The notes under the pieces are model-generated. The model had not been told where the DNA came from, did no database searches, and saw only the letters and a program-made list of their open reading frames with translations. A stretch of DNA of 64,000 nucleotides, taken from positions 930,001-994,000 of the forward strand of contig CM120647.1 in the NCBI GenBank assembly GCA_051362555.1. The letters are read 5' to 3'. The translations under genes and the position numbers were made by a program. Origin of the DNA: Lingula anatina (lineage: Eukaryota > Animalia > Brachiopoda). Below, piece after piece: positions 13,387 to 24,644 of the stretch; position 1 is the stretch's first letter; each line of letters begins with the position of its first letter.

Positions 13387-15316
13387 ACTAATATTAAGAG
13401 CCCGGAGGAAGACATATACATAGCGTTCTTAGACTTCAGTAACTTGATTTTTCAATATTTAGAAAACAAAAAAGAATAAGATTTAATTTACTCTATTCGT
13501 GACTGTATTCTGTGGAGGTCCTCAGCTGGGTAGGGCCTATTTTTTCTGTATAGCATTTGTCACAGTTTGACATGCCCTCACTATCCCTACATTTACCTGA
13601 ATTGGTTCAATATAATCACGGTTGAGCTATTGATACCGGGCCGGGCGTCTTTGGCCCTTTATCGTCCAAACGTGCAATGGTATTATGAGGGGACTTAAAA
13701 GCTTAGATTTGCTCAAAAAGCTCCTTAGCTACTTAATGGATCCTAGACCACATGTCACTCAAGTTAACTTACGGGTGCCACTTTTCGTTGATAGGAATGG
13801 TATGGGTCTTCTAATAACATGATTTTTTTTTGCAGTCATGTTTCCTGAAGTTCGCAGGCTTCTGTGGAAGTTTTTCATTTTCCTTCGTTTGTTTATCAAA
13901 ACGGACCCCTTCTCCAAGCTGCGGGCCCTTGGGTTTGAAGCGATTGCCGCCAGGAAAGCAATTCACGATCCTAAGGTGAGTGACAGGACTGCAGTAGTTG
14001 AGACAAGATGTGTGACGGGATTGTGGTAGTTGAGACAAGATGAGTGACTGGATTGCGGTAGTTGAGACAAGATGCGTGACTGGATTGCGGTAGTTGAGAT
14101 AAGATTACTGGCGGGATTGTGGTAGTTGAGACAAGATGACTGACTGGACTGCAGTAGTTGAGACAAGACGAGTGACGGCATTACGGTATTTGAGACCATT
14201 ATGTCTGCCATGTTTGATAAAAAGTTATATCATAATCTACATGTGGGTAATTAATTATATCTAAAAATATATAGGTCCTGTGTAAAATTGCATGTATAAA
14301 ACGCATTTAAATTTTGGTAAAATATGGTGATTTTGCCTTGAATAACTAGGCGTGGCACCGATATGAGTTTTCGGGCACTGCTTAGCTGGTGGGTGCAAAT
14401 GTGACATTTATTATTTACAAATCCACCTCTAGTACTACACGGTAGTACAGTCACATAGTTTTAATGTTTGCGTACTTTTTTTATGTAGAAAAGACGTGTG
14501 GATCTACTACAATTAATGCTGGACACGCAGATCAATTCCACCAACGGCCAAGCGGTCAGTAACAGTGACCAAGAGGAGCTGAGTGGTCTTAATATGAATG
14601 GAGAGACTGGACCAACGGCCCAAAGCAGCGGAGAGTTGAAGACGAAGAAGATAGCAGACAGACAGGGGTTGTCAGAAGAGGTATGTGTTACCAGGGTTAG
14701 GGTACACGAGGATGTTAAAAGATAGCAGACAGACAGGGGTTGTCAGAAGAGGTATGTGTAAGCAGGGTTAGGGTACACGAAGATGTTAAAAGATAGCAGA
14801 CAGACAGGGGTTGTCAGAAGAGGTATGTGTAAGCAGGGTTATGGTACACGAAGATGTTAAAAGATAGCAGACAGACAGGGGATGTCAGAAGAGGTATGTG
14901 TAAGCAGGGTTAGGGTACACGAGGATGTTAAAAGATAGCAGACAGACAGGGGATGTCAGAAGAGGTATGTGTTACCAGGGTTAGGGTACACGAGGATGTT
15001 AAAAGATAGCAGACAGACAGGGGATGTCAGAAGAGGTATGTGTAAGCAGGGTTAGGGTACACGAAGATGTTAAAAGATAGCAGGCAGACAGGGGTTGTCA
15101 GAAGAGGTATGTGTAAGCAGGGTTAGGGTACATGAGGATGTAAGAAATAGACGGATTATTTTATAAACTGATTAAAGTTCTCCCTGACTCACGTTGATAA
15201 TACCTATTCACACTGGAACGAAGCGGATAGTGAGTAAGTAAACGGTCTTATTATGTGAATGATGTGTACGATTTTATGTATGTACTTTTTTATGTCTTTC
15301 ATCCTTAAGATGGTTA

Positions 15317-15358
<42 letters not shown>

Positions 15359-17216
15359 TTTCGACTCTTACACCTGATATAAGGAAACGATGCATATCCA
15401 GCTACCGGCGGAAGCAGTCTTGCCTGAACATTCTGTTAAATTTAATTATTTTTTCAGGAAATTCAGGCTCAGGCGAATCTGTTCATCTTGGCCGGGTATG
15501 AAACTACCAGCACCGCGCTGACGTACACGGCGTACGAGCTGGCGAAACATCCCGAAGTCCAGTGCCAGCTGCAGGCGGAAATTGACGAACACTTCGGAGA
15601 AGACGTGCGTGTTGTTTGAGTCACGATTTGTGCGTTTTTATTGATAAAAATAAAGAGCTCAGCCTGGAGCTACACTGTTCCTTGTAGATGGGAAGCGTTC
15701 TGCCGTATTGCCCCATTCAAAACAGAGGACTAAAAGGCCATTCAGAATGAGAAGAGCAGAGTGCTAGCTAGGCCGCAGCCTAAATATGGCAGTCCTACAT
15801 GAAAGGAAGACCGCTTAATCCTGTAATGGTCTCTCTGCCTCTCACACGGCACCCCACGCGTCGTCCCTCAACCGGTTGAATTGAGCCGAGATTTAATTGC
15901 GGTGTTCCTGCAAGAACGACGCGTGGGGAGGCGTATGAGAGGCGTAGAAACCATAACAGGATTAAGCATTCTACCTTTCATGTAAGTCCGCCATATTTAG
16001 GTCGCGGCCTAGCTAGCACTCGGCTCTTCTCATTCTGAATAGCTTCTAACTAGTTCGAGGGTCAAATATGGCGACCCACTACAAAGGTTGTCGTCTAATC
16101 TGCTAATAGACACTGAATAGATATCCCGTGGGGAAGTACATGTATATAAGTGGGTCGGCCATATTTGACCCTGGACTAGTTAGTCCCCTATTCTGAATGA
16201 GGCCATATTTTGTTTATACTCATTTGGAACCATTTTCTCAATACGAATATAGCCTCCTTCAATGACCTGATAGTAGACTATCTAGTAATTGGCATTTATT
16301 AAGATGTACCAGTACAGGTGGGGTCGGGTCTTCTGGCTAGCAAACCCAACCGTCTGAATTCAGTATATAAATGAAGTACCAGAAACAAGTCTTTCACCGA
16401 TATCTTTTCATTGTTTAAACATGCCTCCATATATTTCAGACTGAAATAAGCTACGACACAATTCAGAAGTTGACCTACATGGACATGGTGATATGTGAAG
16501 TGTTAAGATTACATCCCATTGCTCCACAGTAAGTAGTTGATCTACATGGTGATATGTGAAGTGTTAAGATTACACCCCATTGCTCCACAGTAAGTAGTTG
16601 ATCTACATGGTGATATGTGAAGTGTTAAGATTACACCCATTGCTCCACAGTAAGTAGTTGACCCACATTTCTCCATATGATGTAGGTTTCGGTTGTATCC
16701 CATGTATCACCGCTGCCACCATGTTGAATGATAATATTAAATGCATTAAAATAGCTGTGCTTTACGTAACACCTTAATTGTCACTGGCCAGACTACGCCG
16801 CTTACGTTAAAATGATTAGATTCTATAGTGGAGGCGAGGAGACCATTAGAGGATTATAAGCGGCTACCTTTAAAGTGAGTCGGCCATATTTGATCCTTGG
16901 ATCTGTGAGACCGCGGATCAACTTGTTCCGAATGCGCTAGCTGTAAATGTTGAATATTTTCCTCTCCAGGATCATCGCCCGTCAGTGCGTGGAGTCCTGC
17001 ACCGTGAACGGACTCCATCTTGAGAAAGGTTTGGTGGTGGCGGCGGATGTGTGGTCGATACATTACGACCCAGAGCTGTGGGGGCCTGAAGACACGACAG
17101 TACTGTGCCCTGAGAGGTATTCCCCCCTCTCCTCCCTCTGTCCCCCCTCTCTCTTTCTCTCTCTCTCTCTCTCACACTCACACTCTAGCTCTCTCTCTCT
17201 CTTTAGCTCCCTTTCA

Positions 17217-17256
<40 letters not shown>

Positions 17257-17794
17257 TTCTCTCTCTCTGAAACACACACACACACACACACGTCAAGTTG
17301 CATGTGGGCATAAGACGTAGCAGTATCAGATGAAAAGACGTGTGTTGTAAAGAAAGGAGTTTTAATAATCCCTAGCTCACTTGTTTATGTGAAAATGGTC
17401 CTTTTTCTTATACTATTGAAAATAAAACATTTTATAGCCACAACACAATACGTTCGAATGCATGCTAGTGCGTTTTAAAAGTATACTTTGCTTGATCATC
17501 ATTGTTTCTTGCTGTCGCCTAAGTGTTTTCTAATAATTTTTATTACTAAGGTTTAGCCCAGAGAGGAAGGCCCACAGGCACCCCATGGCGTGGCTGCCGT
17601 TCGGAGCCGGACCTCGTAACTGTATCGGGATGCGGTTTGCGCTGATGGAGGCTAAGATCGCGTTGGCGGGCCTCCTCAAGAGGTTCTCCATCCAGGCGTG
17701 CCAGGAGACACAGATCCCACTGAAGAAAGTAGAGCGCGCAACAATCGTGCCCGAGAGTGGAGTCATAGTGAAACTAATCCGCAGAGAAATGTAG
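9291..17794 (+). CDS. Cytochrome P450, CYP3 clan (CYP3A/thromboxane-synthase-like), complete, 13 coding exons, ~543 aa
   Basis: Exons 9291-9343, 9755-9857, 10153-10205, 10698-10794, 11346-11471, 11902-11990, 12710-12861, 13836-13975, 14489-14680, 15458-15604, 16440-16528, 16970-17116, 17551-17794. All introns GT-AG, phases consistent, total 1632 nt. Motifs: TM anchor, [23 protein letters not shown] (C helix), AGYETT (I helix), EVLR (ExxR), [14 protein letters not shown] (heme Cys). Confidence 0.95.
9359..9632. repeat. (TAC)n, (TG)n and (GA)n microsatellites in a CYP intron
   Basis: Direct observation. Confidence 0.95.
12254..12630. mobile_element. Non-autonomous TTAA-targeting DNA transposon (Kolobok-like)
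   Basis: TTAA-aggtacatac ... gtatgcatct-TTAA; an inverted second copy lies at 52386-53103. Confidence 0.75.
12897..13153. mobile_element. Palindromic MITE with ~85-bp inverted arms
   Basis: caggcctt..gtttactaacactacc..gcagatcttttagcacta mirrored by tagtgctaaaagatctgc..ggtagtgttagtaaac..aaggcctg. Confidence 0.75.
13973..14197 (+). repeat. 32-bp minisatellite (~7 copies) starting at the CYP exon 8 donor
   Basis: Unit ~ aagatgagtgactggattgcggtagttgagac; the first copy overlaps AAG|GTGAGT. Confidence 0.9.
14648..15143 (+). repeat. 71-bp minisatellite (7 copies) made of the last 33 nt of CYP exon 9 plus donor and 38 nt of intron
   Basis: Unit starts at 14648, 14719, 14790, 14861, 14932, 15003 and 15074; each contains GAAGAG|GTATGT. 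Confidence 0.97.
15710..16204. mobile_element. Nested palindromic MITEs (PIF/Harbinger-like): inner 15734-16046 inserted at TAA in the left arm of a related outer element
   Basis: Inner element is flanked by TAA at 15731-33 and 16047-49. Removing it restores the outer arm ccattc..gaggactaactagt..gggtcaaatatggc, which mirrors gccatatttgaccc..actagttagtcc..gaatgaggc. Confidence 0.75.
16482..16665 (+). repeat. 61-bp minisatellite (3 copies) made of the 3' half of CYP exon 11 plus donor
   Basis: Unit tacatggtgatatgtgaagtgttaagattacatcccattgctccaca|gtaagtagttgatc. Confidence 0.97.
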
Positions 17795-18183
17795 TACTTT
17801 TAAAAAGACAGCCTCGTACGAAAACACACCTAAATTAGACTATAATTACCATAACGAGGTCCGAAGTAACTATGACGTCACTGACTAAGCGATTGGCAAT
17901 ATTGAATGATATCTGAGACACTGCTTTGCTTAAAAAGAATTAGAAATCATAATAAGGACCCATTTATATTTTTGTAAAAACAAGGCATAATACAGGTAGT
18001 CAAAAGGCAAAATTTGATTGATTTTTCTTAAGGATTATGTTAAATGCATGTCTTATTATTTTGAATTTCAACTTAAGTGCAGTATAACTTTGTACAACTT
18101 AATTCAGAATATTATCTTCATAATGTAAACAAATTATCTGTGACACACACTTTTACGGGTACCAAAACATACTTGTAATTGTG

Positions 18184-18268
<85 letters not shown>

Positions 18269-19581
18269 TTTTGATGGTTAATACAGTGTGGTTCCTCTCA
18301 CTGTGTTATATAATGTAAGTACAGTGTGGTGTCCTCGTGCTATGTGTTTTGGAGTTCTGTCTAGCTTGATGATGATAAGAATACTTGTAGTTGCCATTCT
18401 AGTTACCTGCCATACTGTCTCTTTGCAAATTATTAATCTTGTTAAGTAAGTTATCTTAATTAGTATCACAGTATTATTATGTGCAGTAACAATGCAATAT
18501 TTTCTGAATAAGTGGAAGACAGTTTTACTTTTTGACTTAAGATTTACATGGGACTAAAATACAGCTTCAGTATTGAAAAATGCTCAATATCTTGGAAATA
18601 GCAACCAAGTTAATTTTGCTTCTCTCGACCTAAAGAATGCATTTCAGCAAAAAAAAAAAGTTTACAGCTGTCGTATGTGTTTTTCAATGAACTTTCTGAT
18701 GCAATGCTTTGTTCTCAGGTTAGTACGGAGTGTGCTGGTTGTTTTTTATTCTGTCTTGTTTCAATTTTTATTCTAAGTTGGAGTAAAATGAACTGGACAT
18801 GGAAACCTCTATGTACAGATCTAAATCTACAGTCCGTAAGACTGGACAAGTGACCAAATATCTGTTGCAATACCATTGTATGAGACATGCACATTACAGT
18901 AAAGGGTTATTTGATATGCCCTTTTTGGAGTCATTAGTACATGATTCTATCATAACAATTTGAAACACCGTCATGATTTTTCGAAAAGGCATACAAATTA
19001 ATGCCTCTGACAAACAAGGCAGCAAAACTGTCAAATTAACAGACAAAAAAAAAGAAAGAAAATAAAGATGCAAAAATAGGTCATTTTGTCAATTTTGATT
19101 CAATAATAAATAATGCTTATAATAGCACAGTCAGTCAACACTGAATTTTAATCATGCACAACAGGTAACATGGTTAATAACAGGAACGGATCCAGAGATA
19201 TTTTCGGACAATGTTCCAAAGTATCTTTTTTGATCAATCCTCCATTTTTTATGGTCTTCCAACAGAACAAAATAGATACCCGTCAATGTAAACCCAGAAG
19301 TCGGTCTCAATCCACCCCTTCAATAAGATTACAGTTTCAGGACCATGAGAGATCAAACTCACATAATGAAAGCCCCAACATTTGAAAAATGATGACAGTC
19401 CATAAAATAATATTACATAATGTTTAAATACTAAGTTCCAATACAACTGCTTATGTGGAAATACAGAAACTGTGCAGAGCTTCAGGTGGATGGGAGTTAA
19501 AAATAACATTGTAAAAATGCCAGTGTTTGAGAAAAAATTGAAAAGAAAACAACATATAATTCCAATAAAGCTGCTATTCAA

Positions 19582-19655
<74 letters not shown>

Positions 19656-21084
19656 AAAGCTTATTAGCAATATTAAACAACATTTACCTGTATAATTATC
19701 ACTGCTTCCTTATTATGGACACTGTAATCTAGCAGAGAGCTTAACCTTTGGGAGTTAACATCGAAATATCAACAAGTTTTAAGTAATCTCATTTTATGGC
19801 CACTGCCTTAATAGGCAAATGCCTTAATAGCTCTGAACTTAGCCTAGTGATTACCCAAGGGGAAATTACAGACTTACCACACAAATGTGTCTAGCAAAGG
19901 TCTTCAGGCCCATAAGTCACACCTTAAGAAAAGCAAGAGACTGCCAATTCTGAGGCAATAATACATTATGCTTAACTGCACAGTCAACATCAAATTTTAA
20001 TTATGCACAACAGGTAACACCGATGAAAGTAAAAGCATAAGGCTTCAGGCCCATCAGAGTTCAAGTTTATACTTAGAAAGTGCCAGAATGAGAAAAAGGA
20101 AAATTTCACAAAAATTGTACAAATTCAATAACAATGATAATCATATAGAGCTGGTTTTCTAATTTGAGCTGTATTTCAATCCTAAGAACCATTCTTGTAA
20201 GTTAAAAAATAGTAAGTAACACAGTTTTCTTTCCATAACGTTAAAGGTGGCAGTGCACAAAGAAGGTTTTTTGTAAACTTTGATGCAACATTACATAATG
20301 GTTAACTGTATAAATAGCACCAATTTTTAAATATCTACTATTAAAAACATGGACATTAAGACAATTTGAGTACAACTAGACCTTATGCCCAAGGGAGCTG
20401 TAAGTCCCACATTGAAAATTCCAATATGTGAAAGACAAAAATTTTCACAAAAAAATGTATAACTTCCAGAGAATTATCTAACGAGACAGATTTTCAAACT
20501 GAGGCCTTATTTCATTCCTATGTTTCTTTCCTGTAAGTGTGAGAAGAGTAAGTAACATGGTTTTCCCATTACGGTCACTACGGAGGCAGTGCCCTGAATA
20601 GGGTTTTGTTCAATTTTGATGCAATATTACACAATGCTTGACAGCATAATAACCATCAATTTTTTTAAATAATAAAATAAAAGTATCATGGATATTCAGA
20701 AAATGTGACTAGCCCGTAGAGTTCAGAATCACACCTTAAAAACCCCAAAATGTAAACAAGAGTAGCTGTATTGAAAAGAGTTTATTTCCATTTTTATACC
20801 TTTTTACATGAAACAAAATAATCAATTTACTGTCATTTTTTTTATACAGAAATGATCAATTAAAAATGTTGTCAAAGGAAAATCAAAAGAACAATTTTAA
20901 ATGTCCAACTTGCTCCATTCTGAAATTCTTAACTAACAACCTTAACTAACAAACAAACTAATAAACTAACTTGTTAAGAAGCAGGAAATGTCAAAACAAC
21001 ACTTTTACATATCTAATTCGTTCTTTAATGAGACTGTTAACATGCCTTAGAATTTAATCTAAAGAAAAACCACTAATAATACTA

Positions 21085-21600
21085 AAAAAGGCATAACTTC
21101 ATCAAAACTTAACTGATCAATTTAATTTTCAAACTTGATCTGTACATACTAGTCAGACTGATCACTCCTGTGAGTTGCAAAACAAAAGGCTGATCGGTTT
21201 TCCTGAAAATGCATCATCAGTGTTGCAGATATGCAGAAAAAAACAGTATAACTTTTGTGAAAATGATCTGATCAAGCTGATTTTCGAACTTGACCTGCGT
21301 ATTATGAATATTCATCAGTTCTGCAAGTTTCAAGGCAAAAGGTTAAATGGTTTTCACTTATCGTGTTATCGGTGTTGCATATATGCTGAAAAATGTGAGA
21401 AAAAAGCATAACTTCCATAAAAATGGCCCGCTCATGCTTATTTTCGAACTTGACCTGCGTGTTATGAATATTCATCAGTTCTGTAAGTTTCAAGCCAAAA
21501 GAAAAAACGGTTTTCCACTTATCGTGTTATCGGTAAAAGTGCACGGCGAAGGCGACAGCGACGACGGCGACGACAGACGCGGGTGACGGCTTTATGTGTA
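21085..21600. repeat. Interspersed repeat end with ~180-bp internal tandem units (duplicated at ~36415-36930)
   Basis: Recurring cataact...ttttcgaacttgacctgcgt.ttatgaatattcatcagttctg.aagtttcaag, ending in (gacg/gcga)-rich sequence; class not determined. Confidence 0.6.
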
Positions 21601-21876
21601 TGTACATAAAAAAAAATGATACAGCAATTAGAAGAGAGAGAGAGAGAGATGTCGTTATGAATATTTAATGTTTAATATTGTCAGTTACACTCTTGTACAT
21701 TTCAAATCTCCATCGAGTCGGAAAGAGATTTTATTTGCAGATAAAACAAGGTACACTGGATATTGGTGATATACTCGCACTACCTGCGTTTAGTTTGTCA
21801 TCTTTTCCTGAACAGCTAGTACTGTATTGGTGACTACCAACGGGAATAGAATAAATTTGAAGACGACATACTAACA

Positions 21877-23022
21877 ATGCATGAGGTTGACTATCAAAGC
21901 GATGTTGGACTTTTTAATAGCACCAGCGCCTCCCAAGGAAATATTAGCAGGTACAGTTTGGACGACTTGAACGATAACGTGCTATCCTCCGAGCAACGGT
22001 GCTGGATGCTGCCGGATACATGTTTTTGTACCACTGTGTACGTCCTGACAGCCATCGGCCTGGTTGGTAACTTCCTTACCTTCCTGGTGGTTCTTCGAAG
22101 TCCGAGTTTCAGACAGAAATCCACCTTTGTTTATATTCTGTTCCTTGCCGGTGCGGATCAGTTACGTCTGTCGTTCCTATCGTGCGAATGCATTTTGTTA
22201 GATGAACGAACAGATCAGAGACCTTCTTGTTTGACAGTGACAGTTATATATATTTTACAACTGACTTGTCTTGGCCTTTCCGTTTTGTACTTATTGGTGT
22301 TAACCGTAGAGAGACTTATAATAATATTTAAACCTCTGCAAGCGGTTTCTCTGTGCACGAGACGAAAGGCTTTGCTGATTTCTGTTTTTCTTATTCCTCT
22401 GGAAGTATTATTGGCTTCTACATGTATAGTACATTGTTATGTACCTCCAGAAACATCAGTTCAAGTTATCTCCGTTTTACACTATACATTTATTGTGATG
22501 TGGTTCGTAATCACATTAGCCATTACAGCGATGACGGTCGCCATTGTGTATAAACTGAGGAAGATCCATTCCGTAAGACGACAACTGGCTGGTCATCAGC
22601 AGCACGGCGATAGCAGTGGATTGACAAACACCAAAGTAAACACTCTGTTGTTAGTGACACTGACAGCGTTTATCTTGCTTACTTTGCCCTTCCTTCTCTT
22701 TTACGTTTTCGTGCCAAACGTAAACATATTCGATATATTACTTGGCATTTCCACAGAACGCACTTACCAGAACACGTACATATGGTCTATATTGACTCTG
22801 ATAAGTTTTCTGAATCACAATACTAACTTTTTTCTTTTTGTTGCGTCGGGTCAGGTTTTTCGGGACGAGTTGGTGAAACTCTTCAAAGAGTGTTTTCGTT
22901 GTCGTCTCAACGCTGGAACTCGAGCTATGGGTGCTGAGAATGATGGACAGTGCAGACAAAATGCGATCGCAAATCCGATCACGGCGTCCACTTCTACTCA
23001 TTTGTTAACTACCCGATTATAA
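21877..23022 (+). CDS. Intronless class A (rhodopsin-like) GPCR, orphan peptide-receptor/chemoreceptor-like, copy 1 (381 aa)
   Basis: Seven hydrophobic segments; GLVGN (TM1), LAGAD (TM2), LTVERLIIIFKPL (DRY variant), LTLP (TM6), NHNTNFFLF...FR (NPxxY variant and helix 8); N-terminal N-glycosylation sequons; very short ECL2. Confidence 0.93.
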   Translation: MHEVDYQSDVGLFNSTSASQGNISRYSLDDLNDNVLSSEQRCWMLPDTCFCTTVYVLTAIGLVGNFLTFLVVLRSPSFRQKSTFVYILFLAGADQLRLSFLSCECILLDERTDQRPSCLTVTVIYILQLTCLGLSVLYLLVLTVERLIIIFKPLQAVSLCTRRKALLISVFLIPLEVLLASTCIVHCYVPPETSVQVISVLHYTFIVMWFVITLAITAMTVAIVYKLRKIHSVRRQLAGHQQHGDSSGLTNTKVNTLLLVTLTAFILLTLPFLLFYVFVPNVNIFDILLGISTERTYQNTYIWSILTLISFLNHNTNFFLFVASGQVFRDELVKLFKECFRCRLNAGTRAMGAENDGQCRQNAIANPITASTSTHLLTTRL

Positions 23023-24386
23023 GGCTACAGTGTATGTTGTATTACATTGTTGTTCGCCGTGTAAATGTAGATGACAGTTACTTCTGTAAAGTACATAGTT
23101 ACGATATGAAGGTGACTCTCACCGCAAATTTAGTTTAGAGAAATAAATAAATAAAATAAATATGTATTTTTTCATCATAGTAAACGTTTTTGGACTACGA
23201 CGCGAGGTACAGTGTCTGCGTCACAAATTGCATAAATATTTAGCAGCTTCTGTTTTGTCAAGTCAAGACCAAATCTTTTAACATTTGCGAACTCTTCCAT
23301 AGCCTTAATTTTTTTATTCTCAACACTTTACTAATGCTTTTATATAGCAATGTATTTTAGATGGTATCAGATATATTTCTATTGTGTAAAAATAGGGAAT
23401 TGTTACGAGTTGTTGCATATAGTTTCTCGACGTAAAAATGTAGTACCTAAAACTTCTGACTTCTGAATTTAGTAGCACGTTAAGAGATACTGTGTTGCAA
23501 AGTAAACAAGTTAGATAATCATACTTCCAAAAAGCAGTATAAGGAGAAATATGTACAGACAACCTGTAGAAAATTGGATAAACAATGGTTTGATGAAAAT
23601 TGTAAAGAAAAGTTTAAAGACTATAAGACCGCTCTACATGAATTCAATATGTAAAAGAAAACACGAGATAAACATAAAATCCTGTTAGACAAAAAATCAA
23701 GTTACATGTATAAGAATATTTGCAAACAGCTAAAAAGAAAATAGTCGCTTCGAAGGTGATATGTTAGAATATACCAGAAAACACAACCCGCGTGTTTTTT
23801 ATAAGCAGTTCTCACGCAAAAAGAGTGTAAACGTTAATTCGGAGCTTACTATCGATACACTCTATGATTATTTTAAGAACACGACGACTGGTGGAATAGA
23901 TTGTGACATACGTGAAGTAGACCCCAATGTAAGCTTATACACCGAGACAGTGTTCAATGAATTAGATAGTCCCATGAGTGACGGTGAGATCATTGGCGCA
24001 ATTAAAAGATTAAAAGCTAACAAGAGCTGTGCCGAGGACTGTTTGATAAATGAATTTTTTATACACTGTGAAAATGTTTTACTACCGGCGTTAAGAACTT
24101 CGTTTAATTCTGTACTCGATTCGGGGTACTTTCCAGAGAATTGGTGTAAGGGTTGTATTATACCTTTACATAAAAAGGGAAATGTTGACGATCCTTGTAA
24201 TTATAGGGGGATTACGATAACTAGTTGTTTAGGCAAGCTGTTTACTTCCATACTTAATAAATGGCTAGAAGCTTGGGATAAGGACAACAGTCTTACAACC
24301 GACGCACAATTTGGATTTAAAGCGGGGCATGGTACCGTAGATGCTATCTTTGTGCTACAGCACGTGATAAATCGTACCTAATCTAA

Positions 24387-24644
24387 GGCTTCATTCACAT
24401 GCAATGTCTATTTTCTTAATTCTATTTTCTATTCGCGGTATGTCTTATGATCACGGTCTGTGCCCTGAATATCCCGCGGCGTAATTACTGGCAGCGCGAG
24501 CCAGTTACTACAAGTTACTATAAGTAACTGGCTCGCGCTGCCAGTAATTACGCGGCGGGATATTCAGGGCACAGACCGTGATCATAAGATAGCGCGAATA
24601 GAAAATAGATTTTTAGAAAATAGACATTCCATGTGAACGAAGCC
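24387..24644. mobile_element. Almost fully palindromic MITE (PIF/Harbinger-like, TAA TSD) inserted in the LINE
   Basis: TAA-ggcttc ... gaagcc-TAA with ~120-bp arms; absent at the matching site in unit A2 (~39697-39702). Confidence 0.9.

Noticed and set aside
14690-15130. TTAGGG within each 71-bp unit as interstitial telomere or G-quadruplex
   Set aside because: Only one hexamer per unit and the G-runs are widely spaced; no telomeric array.
16854-17766. Minus-strand ORFs overlapping CYP exons, and similar ORFs overlapping the GPCRs and NSMCE2
   Set aside because: Antisense or off-frame shadows of real coding exons with no independent protein features.
19170-19581. Short ORFs conserved between duplicates (19170/34502, 19249/34590, 28562/43341, 29185/43966)
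   Set aside because: Conservation is explained by the recent segmental duplication; no recognisable domains or splice context.
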